This document shows, piece by piece, positions 1 to 9,035 of a stretch of 20,000 nucleotides of DNA. Origin of the DNA: Chiloscyllium plagiosum (Eukaryota). The position numbers and the translations under genes are program-made. Under the pieces are notes generated by a model. The model was not told the origin of the DNA, ran no database searches, and saw only the letters and a list, made by a program, of their open reading frames with translations. Position 1 is the first letter of the stretch. The number at the start of each line of letters is the position of its first letter. Location: positions 10,285,500-10,305,499 of the forward strand of contig NC_057749.1 in assembly GCF_004010195.1 (NCBI RefSeq). The letters run 5' to 3'.

Positions 1-225
1 TTAGTGAAGTTAGATCACATGGGATTCAGGGAGAGGTTGCCAATTGGAGATAAAGTTAGCTTAATGATAGAGGGTTGTTTTTCAGACTGGAGGCCTGTGA
101 CCAACAGTGTTCTGCAGGGATCAGTGCTGGGTTTACTTTTGTTTGTAATTTACATAAACAATTTGGGATGAGAAGTTAGTATGTATGGTTAGTAAGTTTG
201 TGGATGATACCAAACTTGGAGGTAT

Positions 226-458
226 TCAAGATTCACAAATTCAATCAATAAGCACATCGACCTGGACCCAATATACCGACCACTGCAACAGACAGCTGGA
301 ACTGACACCCGGAAGCGGCAGATTCAAACCACTATAAATGCCGGAGGAAACAACACCGAAACGTTTCACAGGAGGCTCCCAAGCACTGAGGATGTCACCT
401 AGACAGGGGACGAAACGTCTGCAACACAAATTCCCAGCTCGGCGAACAGAACCACAAC
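226..458 (+). mobile_element. Penelope-like element 3' terminal fragment with 13-bp TSD
   Basis: TSD aacttggaggtat at 213-225 and 459-471. Frame 226-402 encodes ...NSINKHIDLDPIYRPL..., resembling the C-terminus of PLE GIY-YIG proteins. Contains a hammerhead motif. Confidence 0.8.
383..422 (+). ncRNA. Minimal type I hammerhead ribozyme motif
   Basis: gca-CUGAGGA-u-GUC(A)CCU-agac-AGG(G)GAC-GAAA-cg-UC|ugc. Intact core, stem II, palindromic stem III (ACGU) and a 3-bp stem I. Predicted cleavage after C419. Confidence 0.72.
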
Positions 459-1396
459 AACTTGGAGGTATAGTTGACAATGAAGAAGATTATCTGAGGC
501 CTTGATTAATTGAGCCAATGGGCTGAGGAGTGGCAGATGGAGTTGGATTTGGACAAATGTGAGGCATTGCATTTTGGTAAAACAAACGAGGGCAGGACAT
601 ATACAGTTAATGGTAGGGCCCTGGATAATGTTGTAAAATAGTGACCTTGGAGTTCAGGTACACAGTTCTTTGAAAGTTGCATCATAGGTAGACAGGGTAG
701 TTAAGAAAGACCATTTAGCATGCATGCCTTCATTGCTCAGACCACTGAGTGTAGGATTGGGAAGTCATGCTAAGGCTGTATAGGGATTGGTGAGATCACT
801 TCTGGAGCACTGTGTCCAGTTCTGGTCGCATTGCTATAGGAGGGATATTATAAAGCTGGAGAGGGTTCAGAAAAGACTGACCAGGATGTTGCTGGGACTG
901 GAAGAGTTGACTTATAAGGATAGGCTGGGAGTTTTTTCACTGGAGTGCAGGAGGTTGAAGGGTGACCTTACAAAGCTTTATAGAATTATGAGGGGCACAG
1001 ATAAGGTGACTAGCAAATGTCTTTTCCTGAGGGTGGGTGAGTTCAAAAGTAGGGGGGGGGGGGCATATTTGAAGGTAGAGAAGAAAGATTTAAAGGGACT
1101 TGAGGGGCAACTTTTTCACATGGTGGGTGGTTCATGTGTGGAATCAACTGCCAGAGGAAGTGGTAGATGCAGGTACAGTTACAACATTTAAAAAACATTT
1201 GGACATGTACATGAATAAGAAAGGTTTAGATGGCCAAATGGAGGCAATTGGGACTGGTTTAGTTTGGGAAACTGGTCGGCATGGATGAATTGGACGAAAG
1301 GGTCTGTTTCCATGCTGTATGTCTCTATGACTAACCTCTCACAAGGTAACTAAACTGGTTAGAGTGTTACTGAGAAACCTAACATCTTAACATCGT

Positions 1397-1726
1397 GGGC
1401 GGCACGGTGGCACAGTGGTTAGCACTGCTGCCTCACAGCGCCAGAGACCCGGGTTCAATTCCCGCCTCAGGCGACTGACTGTGTGGAGTTTGCACATTCT
1501 CCCCGTGTCTGCGTGGGTTTCCTCCGGGTGCTCCGGTTTCCTCCCACAGTCCAAAGATGTGCAGGTCAGGTGAATTGGCCATGCTAAATTGCCCGTAGTG
1601 TTAGGTAAGGGGTAAATGTAGGGGTATGGGTGGGTTGCGCTTCGGCGGGTCGGTGTGGACTTGTTGGGCCGAAGGGCCTGTTTCCACACTGTAAGTAATC
1701 TAATCTAATCTAATCTAATCTAATCT
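1397..1726 (+). mobile_element. HE1-type tRNA-derived SINE (V-SINE), full length, young
   Basis: A box TGGCACAGTGG 1408-1418, B box GGTTCAATTCC 1452-1462, V-domain core (ctccccgtgtctgcgtgggtttcctccgggtgctccggtttcctccca), CR1-like tail, and (TAATC)6 at 1696-1725. Confidence 0.92.
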
Positions 1727-2445
1727 TAAGAAAATGGGAAAATGATTATTAAATGGTAAAACCATCATGGAATAAGACATGGGTGCCATTTTTCTCATTG
1801 AGCTTTTGAACTCAGCTCATCATTGTTCGACAAGGCGAAATTTGGAAACCAACTGTTCTACTGCGTGGAAAGGTAAAACTAACAGGAGAGGCATTTCCAT
1901 TGTGTCTCTATCTATTCCCATGAAATAACCTTACAGGAGGCTTGGGGAAAAAATGCATTCACTTCCTATCTCACCCACAATTATTTAATATCTGTGGGAG
2001 ATGAAGACCAGGAGAAGAATATGACTTTCTGCACCCCCAGATCTGATTGCGTATTGGTGCCAATTAAATCCCTGACACCTGAGGCTTCCTTGGGCCGTCC
2101 AACTATCCATGTCACATGACCAAACACAGGCTTTGCCAAGTTCTAATAGTAGCAAAATCCAGAGTCTGTAGTGAAGAGAGCTAGAAAATCCAACAGTACT
2201 GTCCATTTTCTGTAGCATCTTCAGATTTGTGACTTATCAACTTTGCCAATCCTACAGTACACTATGGGGGGGCGGGGGGCATACAACTTCTCAACAGCCC
2301 TCTTCACATTTTATGTTTTGGGGGACAAAGAGGGGAAAGAAGAGAAGACATGAACATTGTTAGCTTTATTTGATCAACTACATAGAAAGAGGTTTCTTAA
2401 TGAGGATATAATTGTAGATACGTTCTCACCAACCTGTTCAGAGAT

Positions 2446-2676
2446 AAAAATCACACAACACCAGGTCATAGTCCAACAGGTTTAATTGGAAGCACACTAG
2501 CTTTCGGAGCGACCCTCTTTCATCAGGTGAGTGTCAATACTTCACAATCACATGATGAAGGAGCGTCGCTCCGAAAGCTAGTGTGCTTCCAATTAAACCT
2601 GTTGGACTATGACCTGGTGTGATGTGATTTTTAACTTTGTACACCCCAGTCCAACACCGGCATCTCCGAATCATGA
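2446..2676. mobile_element. Palindromic non-autonomous PLE derivative with 12-bp TSD
   Basis: Inverted arms ~2445-2534 and ~2544-2633, then a ~43-bp unpaired tail. TSD ctgttcagagat at 2434-2445 and 2677-2688. The arm is near-identical to 8803-8887, and each arm has a hammerhead-like motif. Confidence 0.88.
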
Positions 2677-2885
2677 CTGTTCAGAGATGTTATTGTACAC
2701 CTCTGGAGTAGGTATGACCTTAATACAGGTTACCTAGTCTAGAATTAGGGACACAACCACTGCATCACAGAACCTTCAAGGGTATAATTGTATTCTGGTG
2801 CAAATTCTCTGCAAGGAAATAGAATAAACAAAAACTCCAGTGAGCCTCTGGCAATTGTTGAATGAAGGTACCAATTCTGTTCTAG

Positions 2886-3052
2886 ATTTTGGAAATGCAG
2901 CAGCCAATGAAAGCCCATTCATCATGGCAGAGAGCGTCATTTGGTTCCGCTATCACAATTACCTGGCTTCTCAGTTTGAAGCTCAGAACTCCTCATGGTC
3001 GGATGAAGATATATTCCAGCACGCCAGAAAGTGGGTGATTGCCTCGTTCCAG
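2886..3052 (+). CDS. DUOX: Dual oxidase coding exon (peroxidase-homology domain), 167 bp, phase 1->0
   Basis: ttctag|AT TTT GGA...TTC CAG|gtaatt. Translates (D)FGNAAANESPFIMAESVIWFRYHNYLASQFEAQNSSWSDEDIFQHARKWVIASFQ, matching the DUOX motif WFRYHN...W.DEELFQHARKRVIATYQ. DUOX1 vs DUOX2 is not resolvable here. Confidence 0.96.
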
Positions 3053-3124
3053 GTAATTTGGTGAAAACACAAATTTACAATCAATGCTATATATAAACCA
3101 CACTGTTAACATCAGCCTTTGTTT

Positions 3125-3350
3125 CAAATCTCATCGTCACCTTACTTTGTAGCCCCCACCCACTCAACAACCTCCGAGGTCTCTATATCCTCCCACTCTG
3201 GCCTCTTATCCACCCCGATTTTAATTATTCCAGTATTGGCAAACATACCCTCACCCACCAAGATGCAGGATCTAGAGTTCCTTTTACAAACCTCTTGTCC
3301 CCTTCTGAAAATCAACCACTTCAACTGAAGTCACCATTCCTCAATATCTC
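3125..3350 (+). mobile_element. Degraded L2-like LINE 3' fragment
   Basis: caacctccgaggtctct..tcctcccactctggcctctt..ccccgattttaat resembles shark L2 3' regions (from recall). Highly diverged; boundaries approximate. Confidence 0.4.
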
Positions 3351-3487
3351 TACATGTACCAAATGTTGCTGATTCCAGTCTTGAGTTGTTTTAAAGACAT
3401 TATTTATTCAGATGCCAAGCTGGTGTTCCATGCCAAGTATAAACTCAACCTGTACTTCTCCTCTAACCATTAACTTCATCTTTGCAG

Positions 3488-3548
3488 AACATTGTACTTT
3501 ATGAGTGGTTACCAAAATACCTGGGAACAAACATATCTGATTATACTG
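3488..3548 (+). CDS. DUOX: DUOX coding exon, 61 bp, phase 0->1
   Basis: tttgcag|AAC ATT GTA CTT TAT GAG TGG TTA CCA...TAT ACT G|gtaaga. Translates NIVLYEWLPKYLGTNISDYT(G); cf. DUOX NIAVYEWLPSFL. Confidence 0.95.
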
Positions 3549-3664
3549 GTAAGATGCCTGAAATGTGATTATCTCAGATGCAAAAAGTTAAAAGGAAAAC
3601 TTTCTGTGCTGGTTCAGTTCAGTTTCTCTCTTCAAGACTGTAAATCTTTTCCTGGGTTTCACAG

Positions 3665-3761
3665 GGTACAAGACGTTTGTTGATCCTGGCATCTCGCCCG
3701 AGTTTCAAGCTGCTGCCATCAGATTTAGTGCCAGTCTGGTACCTCCAGGGGTTTACATGAG
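3665..3761 (+). CDS. DUOX: DUOX coding exon, 97 bp, phase 1->2
   Basis: tttcacag|GG TAC AAG...TAC ATG AG|gtaaca. Translates (G)[31 protein letters not shown](R); cf. DUOX DPSISPEF...VPPGVYMR. Confidence 0.96.
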
Positions 3762-3954
3762 GTAACAAGGAGTTGATACGCCATTGTTGTTTGTTTTAGC
3801 ATTATTTGTTTCCTTTATTTTCCAATATGGTATTTATTGGCTCTGATTTCTTAAATTTCCACTTGGACTGTTATCCCTTCCAGATAGATGTCACACCTGA
3901 CCCAGTGGTTGGCTGTCTTGCTTATGAAAGATTGAGGGATTTGAGCTTGTCTTT

Positions 3955-4245
3955 TACTGACTCGAGTGCAGTGCCGAAGGAGTGTTGTACTGTTAACAGT
4001 TCATCTAATAGATGACTCATTGAACTGTTTATCTAACTCTTGGTTTGGACAGATGTAAAATATCAGCACATGGAGAATTCCCTAGCACACTGCTGCCATT
4101 AACCTCTCAACAAAAACAATGAAAATAGATTATTTGATCATTTATCTCATTATTATATTATTTATGGGATCTTACAATGGGCTCCCATGTTTCTTACATC
4201 ATAGCAGTAACAATGCTCCAAAAGCCTGCATTTTGTCTTTAAAGT
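3955..4245 (+). mobile_element. Degraded Deu-domain SINE (SacSINE1/AmnSINE1-like)
   Basis: Diverged matches to the recalled Deu-SINE body: agtgcagtgccgaaggagtgttgtactgt, gatgtaaaa, agattatttgatcatttatctcatt, tgggatctt. Boundaries approximate. Confidence 0.55.
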
Positions 4246-4261
4246 CCCTTTCTTAAAATAA

Positions 4262-4452
4262 ATGTTTCTTCCATGGAATGTGGGTGTCGCTGGCAGGGCC
4301 AACATTATTGCCCACCTCTAATTACCCTGCAGGGGGTGCTGGTGAGCTGCCTTCTTGAACTGCTTGGTCCATGCGGTGTAGAGAGACCCACAATGCTTTT
4401 AGGGAGGGAATTCCAGGATTTCAATCCAATCTCAGTGAAGGAATGGCGATAT
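4262..4452 (-). mobile_element. 3' end of a second LINE family (same as 4460-5165), inverted
   Basis: Reverse complement aligns with 4968-5165 (aaatcctggaattccctccc, ggcagctcacca, gccagcgacacccacat). Confidence 0.8.
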
Positions 4453-4459
4453 AGTTTTT

Positions 4460-5165
4460 AGCTTGGGCTGACAAGTTGGCAAGTATCATTCGAGTCGCTC
4501 AAGTACAAGAGAGAATCTAACCATCACTCCTTGACATTCATTGACATCACCATCACTGAATCCCCCACGACCGACAACCTGGGGGTTATCATTGACCAGA
4601 AACTGAACTGGATTAACTGTAGAAATACCAAAGCTACAAGAGCAGGTCAGAGGCTAGGAATCCTGCAGCGTGTAACTCACCTTCTGACTCCCAAAAGCCT
4701 GTATACCATCCACATAGCACAAGCAAGTGAGAGGATAGAATATTCCCCATTGAGCTGGATGGGTGCAGCTCAAACAACATTCAAGAGGCTTGACACCATC
4801 CAGCCCACCTCATTGGTGCATGAACATTCACTCCTTGCAGCACCGATGCTCAAGAGCAGCAAAGATCCTGAGAAAGCAGCTTCCAAATCTCTGACAATCC
4901 GACTAGAAGGACAAGGGCAGTAGATACGCCTACATGATTCCCTCCATTCACCATCCTACTTGGAAATATATCACTGTTCCTTCATTGTCACTGGGTCAAA
5001 ATCCTGGAATTCCCTCCCCAAAGGCACTGTGAGTCTACCTACAGCACATGGATAGCAGCGGTCCAAGAAGGGGCAGCTCACCACCACCTTCTCAAGGGCA
5101 ACTAGGGATGGGCAATCTCTGCTGGTACAGCCAGCGACACCCACATCCTGTGAATGAATTTTTAG
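4460..5165 (+). mobile_element. LINE 3' fragment (CR1/L2 group, family distinct from HER1-like copies)
   Basis: ORF 4531-4923 contains LGVIIDQKLNW...KATRAGQRLGILQRVTHLL...EYSPLSW, typical of non-LTR RT C-termini. Ends in tail agggcaactagggatgggcaat...catcctgtgaatgaatttt. Confidence 0.85.
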
Positions 5166-5334
5166 ACAAAGCCACTGTGGTGTGTGATCTGGAGGGAACT
5201 CGCAGGGCGTACTGTTCCATCCTCCAGTTGAACAGGGAAGTGCATTCGGTATGTTCTGCCCTCACTGAGGTTCCTTTTGACATCTGATTGGGTCATCATC
5301 CCACTCCCAGGATCTGGTTAACATGATCTGATTT

Positions 5335-5612
5335 GAATTTGGTTTGCTTTATTGTTGTCACACGCACCCAAGTACAGTGAAAAGCTTTGTTTTGCAAGCA
5401 GTACACGCAGATCATAGCAGACAAGGATGTGCAGATAATAGGGTGCCTAGACAGAGGGAAGCAGACAGGTTACACTGGACAGGAGGCGTGCAAAACAAAA
5501 TCAACATTATTTGAAGTTAGAGAGGTTCATTCAGCAGTCTGATCAAAGCAGGGAAGAAGCTGTTCTTGAACCTGTTGGGTACATGTGTTTAGGTTTCTAT
5601 ACCTTCTTCTCT
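5335..5612 (-). mobile_element. Rex1/Babar-like LINE 3' end
   Basis: Minus strand of gggaagaagctgttcttgaacctg reads RFKNSFFP, characteristic of Rex1-type ORF ends. Followed by a 3' UTR with aataaa. Confidence 0.6.
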
Positions 5613-5691
5613 ACAAGCTTTTATATCATAGTTTCAGCAAGTCATCTTTTTACTGATGTCTGGAAGTTTTTTTAATTTCGGTTCATTACAG

Positions 5692-5782
5692 AAACAGGAC
5701 TTGTGCATTCCGTAATGTCACCACCATCGACAACAGGGGGTCTCCTGCACTTCGAGTGTGCAACAACTTCTGGAGAAGACAG
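5692..5782 (+). CDS. DUOX: DUOX coding exon, 91 bp, phase 2->0
   Basis: cattacag|A AAC AGG ACT TGT...AGA AGA CAG|gtacag. Translates (R)NRTCAFRNVTTIDNRGSPALRVCNNFWRRQ; cf. DUOX NASCHFR...ALRVCNNYW with the conserved Cys pair. Confidence 0.95.
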
Positions 5783-5904
5783 GTACAGAATTCAAATAGT
5801 CAAACTCCTAAGCTCATATGCAGTAATGGACTAGGAATGGTGGAGGCAATTGTAATTCTCAACAGCTTTTCTATGCCTCTACTCTTTGATGGCAAAATAT
5901 GATG

Positions 5905-6200
5905 CAAGGACACCATGGCAGACTTTTATAAAACACCAGTTTGATCTCAACTAGAGTATCGTGTCCATTTCTGGGCACTGGATATTCGAGAAAGAGAGAG
6001 AGAGAGCAGCCATGGTTTTAATGTGAGTAATTCCAAGGATCAGGGAGTAAGATTATGAGGATAGTAGAGGGTGCCCCCCTTTTGAGAAGATTGAGAAGAT
6101 ATGTAATACAAAACATGGAAGCATTGTAAACTGTGAGGGGGATGGTGTAGAACTCCAAAGGACATAGACAAGTTGGTGGAGTAGGCAAGTTAGTGTCATG
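5905..6200 (+). mobile_element. Degraded CR1 LINE fragments
   Basis: ctttataaaacaccagtttgatctcaactagagtatcgtgtccatttctgggca (LY..L.RPQLEYCVHFW-like) and gacatagacaagttggtggagtaggca. Confidence 0.55.
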
Positions 6201-6303
6201 TTAGTAGGGAGAGCGTGGACAGAGAGTCCAAATAGGGGGCAATATGATCAGTATGTTCATTCCTAAGTATTTGTGGAATTTGTTAATCTTCAGCTGGGGA
6301 GTT

Positions 6304-6810
6304 GGGAGGTGATAGCCTAGTTGTATTATCACTAGACTATTCATCCAGAGACCTTGGTAATGTCCTGGGGAGAAGAATCCTGAAAGAACTGCAGATGACA
6401 GAAATCAGATACAAAACAGAAGTTGCTAGAAAAGCTGAGCAGGTGTGGCAGCATCTGTGGAAACAAAGCAGAGTTAACATTTCAGGTCCAGTGACCCTTC
6501 AAATTTTCAAGAAACTCTGACTCAAATCTGCCATGGCAGATGGTGGAATTTGAATTCAATTAAAAAAAAATATCTGGGGTTAAGGATCTAATGATGACCA
6601 TGAAGCCATTGCTGATTGTCAAAAAACCCCATGTCTTCACTAATACCCTTCAGGGAAGGAAATCTGCCATCCTTACTTGGTCTGGCCTCCATGTGACTCC
6701 AGCCCCAGAGCAATTTGGTTGACTCTCACCTGCCCCTCTGGGAAGTTAGGGTGGGTAATAAATACTGCCCTGGCCAGCAACATCCACTCCCTGCAAATGA
6801 ATTTGTAAAA
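6304..6810 (+). mobile_element. tRNA-head SINE (non-HE1) carrying the tail of the 4460-5165 LINE family; interrupted at ~6372-6513
   Basis: Degenerate A-box-like head (tagcctagttg), body atggcagatggtggaatttgaattcaat...agggaaggaaatctgccatcc, tail agggtgggtaataaatactgccctggccagcaacatccac. A second, inverted copy lies at ~17800-18455. Confidence 0.7.
6372..6513. mobile_element. Half of a PLE-derived palindromic repeat (family of 13521-13749)
   Basis: ctgcagatgacagaaatcagatacaaaacagaagttgctagaaaagctgagcaggtgtggcagcatctgtg...gttaacatttcaggtcc aligns to 13530-13635. Confidence 0.7.
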
Positions 6811-6829
6811 ATCTAAAGTAATGCGCAGT

Positions 6830-7705
6830 TGTGGGCTCCCCATTCCAGCACGGACATGATTGCTTTGAAGAGAGTGCAGGATAGATTTTGCAAAATTAGT
6901 TCCCAGGATAAGTAACTTCTGTTGTGAAGACAGATTGAAGGATTTGAGACTGTTCTCCTTCAGGAGGAGCAGGCTAACAGGAGATTTGATAGATGTTTTC
7001 AAAGTCATGGGGTTTCTGGATAGAATGGATGGGGAGAGATTGTTCCTGCTCATGAATGAGAAGGCAGACCTTTAAAGTGTTTCACAAGCGCAGCAAATGT
7101 GTTGTGACGAAAATCTTTTTTTAACTCAGCGAGTAATTCGGGTCTGGATCCTCTGCCTGAACGTGTGGTGGAGGCAGATTTAGTTGAGGCATTCAAGAGG
7201 TCATCGATTGATTATTTAATTAGAGACCTTGCCCAAGAGTCCAGGGAAAAGGCAGGAGAATGGCATTTCATCATTCTGCCCAATGGTTTGCTGGTGTAGA
7301 TGCATTTGGCCAATGGCCTCATTTTGTGCTGTGATTGATAGAGCTCTTCAAATCAAGAGAAGCCTGGACAGAGTGTACATTGAAAGATTGTTGCTGGTGG
7401 CGGAAAGTTCCGGAACCCAAGGGCGCTGGTTTAAAGTGATTGACAACAGAACCAGAGATGACATGATGAAACTGTTTTACATGGCAAGTGGAGAGAATCT
7501 GGAATGTTCTGTTTGAGACTGCGGTAGAAGTTGACTTAGTTGTGGCTTTCTAAAGGAAATTGAATAATTATCTATAAGGAGAAAATTGGCGAAGCCATGG
7601 GGGTAAAGATAGGGGAGTGAGATTCACCAAATCATTTTCGCAGAGAGCTGGCATGGATGGGATGGGTTAAATGGCCTTCTTCTGAGTTAGGTCTATTCTG
7701 TGGTT
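6830..7705 (+). mobile_element. Two adjacent degraded CR1 LINE 3' fragments (~6830-7340 and ~7350-7705)
   Basis: ttgaagagagtgcaggatagattt, ggagatttgatagatgttttcaaagtcatg, gtggtggaggcag, and two 3' tails (aatggcctcattttgtgctgtga; aatggccttcttctgag). Confidence 0.7.
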
Positions 7706-8002
7706 GAACAGTGCTCCTGTCACTTACCTTGCTGGTCCTGATGCACTTCACCAAGTGATTGTGTCGCTGGTACATAGGTCATTGTTAAATGTGGCTATCT
7801 GCTTTCAGCAGGTCTTTATAGCCTTTCCGTGTCCTGTTTTCGTATTTTGGGGAGCAAGATTTTCAAACTGAAACTTAATAAAGACTTACGAACTGTCGTC
7901 AGTGATACAACCTGTGTTGGACACAGCCCAATCCCCAAACAGAAGAAGTGTGTCTTCGGTCTTTTAAAAAGAATGTCAGAACCATCCTCTCCGACAGTTG
8001 AA

Positions 8003-8080
8003 CAAGGACAAGTAGGGATGGGCAATAAATGCTGGCCTTGCCAGGGACGCCCACATCCTGTGAATAGATATTTTAAAAAT
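8003..8080 (+). mobile_element. Isolated LINE/SINE 3' tail (family of 5095-5165)
   Basis: aggacaagtagggatgggcaataaatgctggccttgccagggacgcccacatcctgtgaat. Confidence 0.7.
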
Positions 8081-8144
8081 TGCAAGATATTGCTCAACCA
8101 TGAACATTACTTTAGTCAGGCACAAAAACATTCAATGACATAAT

Positions 8145-8268
8145 TGAGGGACAGGTGCCAATTGTTGACAAATGGGACTAGGTTAATTTAGGATATCTGG
8201 TTGGCATGGACGAGTTGGACTGAAGGGTCTGCTTCCGTGCTGTCCAGCTCTGTGATGCTATGACTCTA
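8145..8268 (+). mobile_element. CR1/HER1-like 3' tail fragment
   Basis: aaatgggactaggttaatttaggatatctggttggcatggacgagttggactgaagggtctgcttccgtgctgt matches the tails at ~1245-1332 and ~11790-11890. Confidence 0.8.
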
Positions 8269-8383
8269 AATGAATGATATAAATTTTAATCCTTAGAAGA
8301 TGCTCTCTGCCTTTTCAACAGGTTTTTGTTGAAGTTGTAAAGAGTGCAGAAGGTTGGAAGGTTAATTGAGTTTTTTCTTTCAG

Positions 8384-8486
8384 AAGGCAAATCTTCAAAC
8401 CGGAACTGATATGGAGGAGCTGATTTTTGGGATGGCATCTCAAATCGCTGAGAAAGCAGACAATATTATTGTGGAAGATCTCAGAG
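8384..8486 (+). CDS. DUOX: DUOX coding exon, 103 bp, phase 0->1
   Basis: ttttttctttcag|AAG GCA AAT...CTC AGA G|gtgatc. Translates KANLQTGTDMEELIFGMASQIAEKADNIIVEDLR(D); cf. DUOX LLLGMASQI.E.EDNIVVEDLRD. Confidence 0.96.
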
Positions 8487-8852
8487 GTGATCTGTTTATT
8501 GAGTGTTTTTGTTTACCAAATTCTTTCAAGACAATCCAGTGATAGTCAGTGAGAGATTCTGGGTCAGCCATTGTAATGGAAAGGAACTGCAATTGTACCA
8601 TCAGTATTCAAACCTCTGGACTGCAACATGCGTGTAAAAGTGTATGTTGCCATAACGACTTGAATCCCTGATTGGATTACAGCACACCTCATCAACATTG
8701 CAACAGTGCCATAAATCTAACGGGCAATTATTAAGAACTAATTATAAAATGAATTAGGACATTGTTTTTCTTTCAACAGAACTCATTATATGTGGTTAGA
8801 GTTAAAAATCGCACAACACCAGGTTATAGTCCAACAGGTGTAATTGGAAGCA

Positions 8853-8887
8853 CACTAGCTTTCGGAGCGTCACTCCTTCATCAGGTG
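8853..8887 (-). ncRNA. Minimal type I hammerhead ribozyme motif in the PLE terminal repeat
   Basis: Minus strand reads cac-CUGAUGA-a-GGAGU-gac-GCUCC-GAAA-gc-UA|gug. Intact core, 5-bp stem II (one G-U pair), palindromic stem III (AGCU). Confidence 0.72.
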
Positions 8888-9035
8888 GTAGTGGAGGGCT
8901 CAATCCTAACACACAGAATTTATAGCAAAAATTTACAGTGTGATATAACTGAAATTATACATTGGAAAATTGATTGTCTGTTAAGCCTTTCATCTGTTAG
9001 AATACCGTGATAGTTTCACTTCTTTCATGTGTAAA

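Larger units (their letters stand above)
1..1332 (+). mobile_element. CR1-clade (HER1-like) LINE 3' fragment, frameshifted, interrupted at 226-458
   Basis: Remnant RT motifs (QGSVLG, SKFVDDTKLGG, LVRSLLEHCVQFWS, LERVQKRLTRML, WNQLPEEVV). The 3' tail gggtctgtttccatgctgtat...ctatgact is shared with other copies in the window. Confidence 0.9.

Noticed and set aside
1052..1063. Poly-G run (also G-rich ~2265-2279 and poly-C ~15730-15740) as G-quadruplex elements
   Set aside because: Simple homopolymer expansions, mostly inside repeats and one next to an N. No support for function.
1397..1470. tRNA gene
   Set aside because: tRNA-derived head of an HE1 SINE, continuous with the SINE body. The same applies to the other copies.
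1387..1689. 100-aa ORF and similar ORFs over SINEs
   Set aside because: Antisense translations of HE1 repeats.
1730..2430. Upstream DUOX exon (expected W.DGS.IYG motif) or a nested DUOXA exon
   Set aside because: No such motif found by eye. The preceding exon probably lies before the window.
2445..2633. pre-miRNA or DNA-transposon MITE
   Set aside because: The arms derive from the PLE terminus at 8803-8887, and the TSD encloses an asymmetric tail. Small-RNA production cannot be excluded without data.
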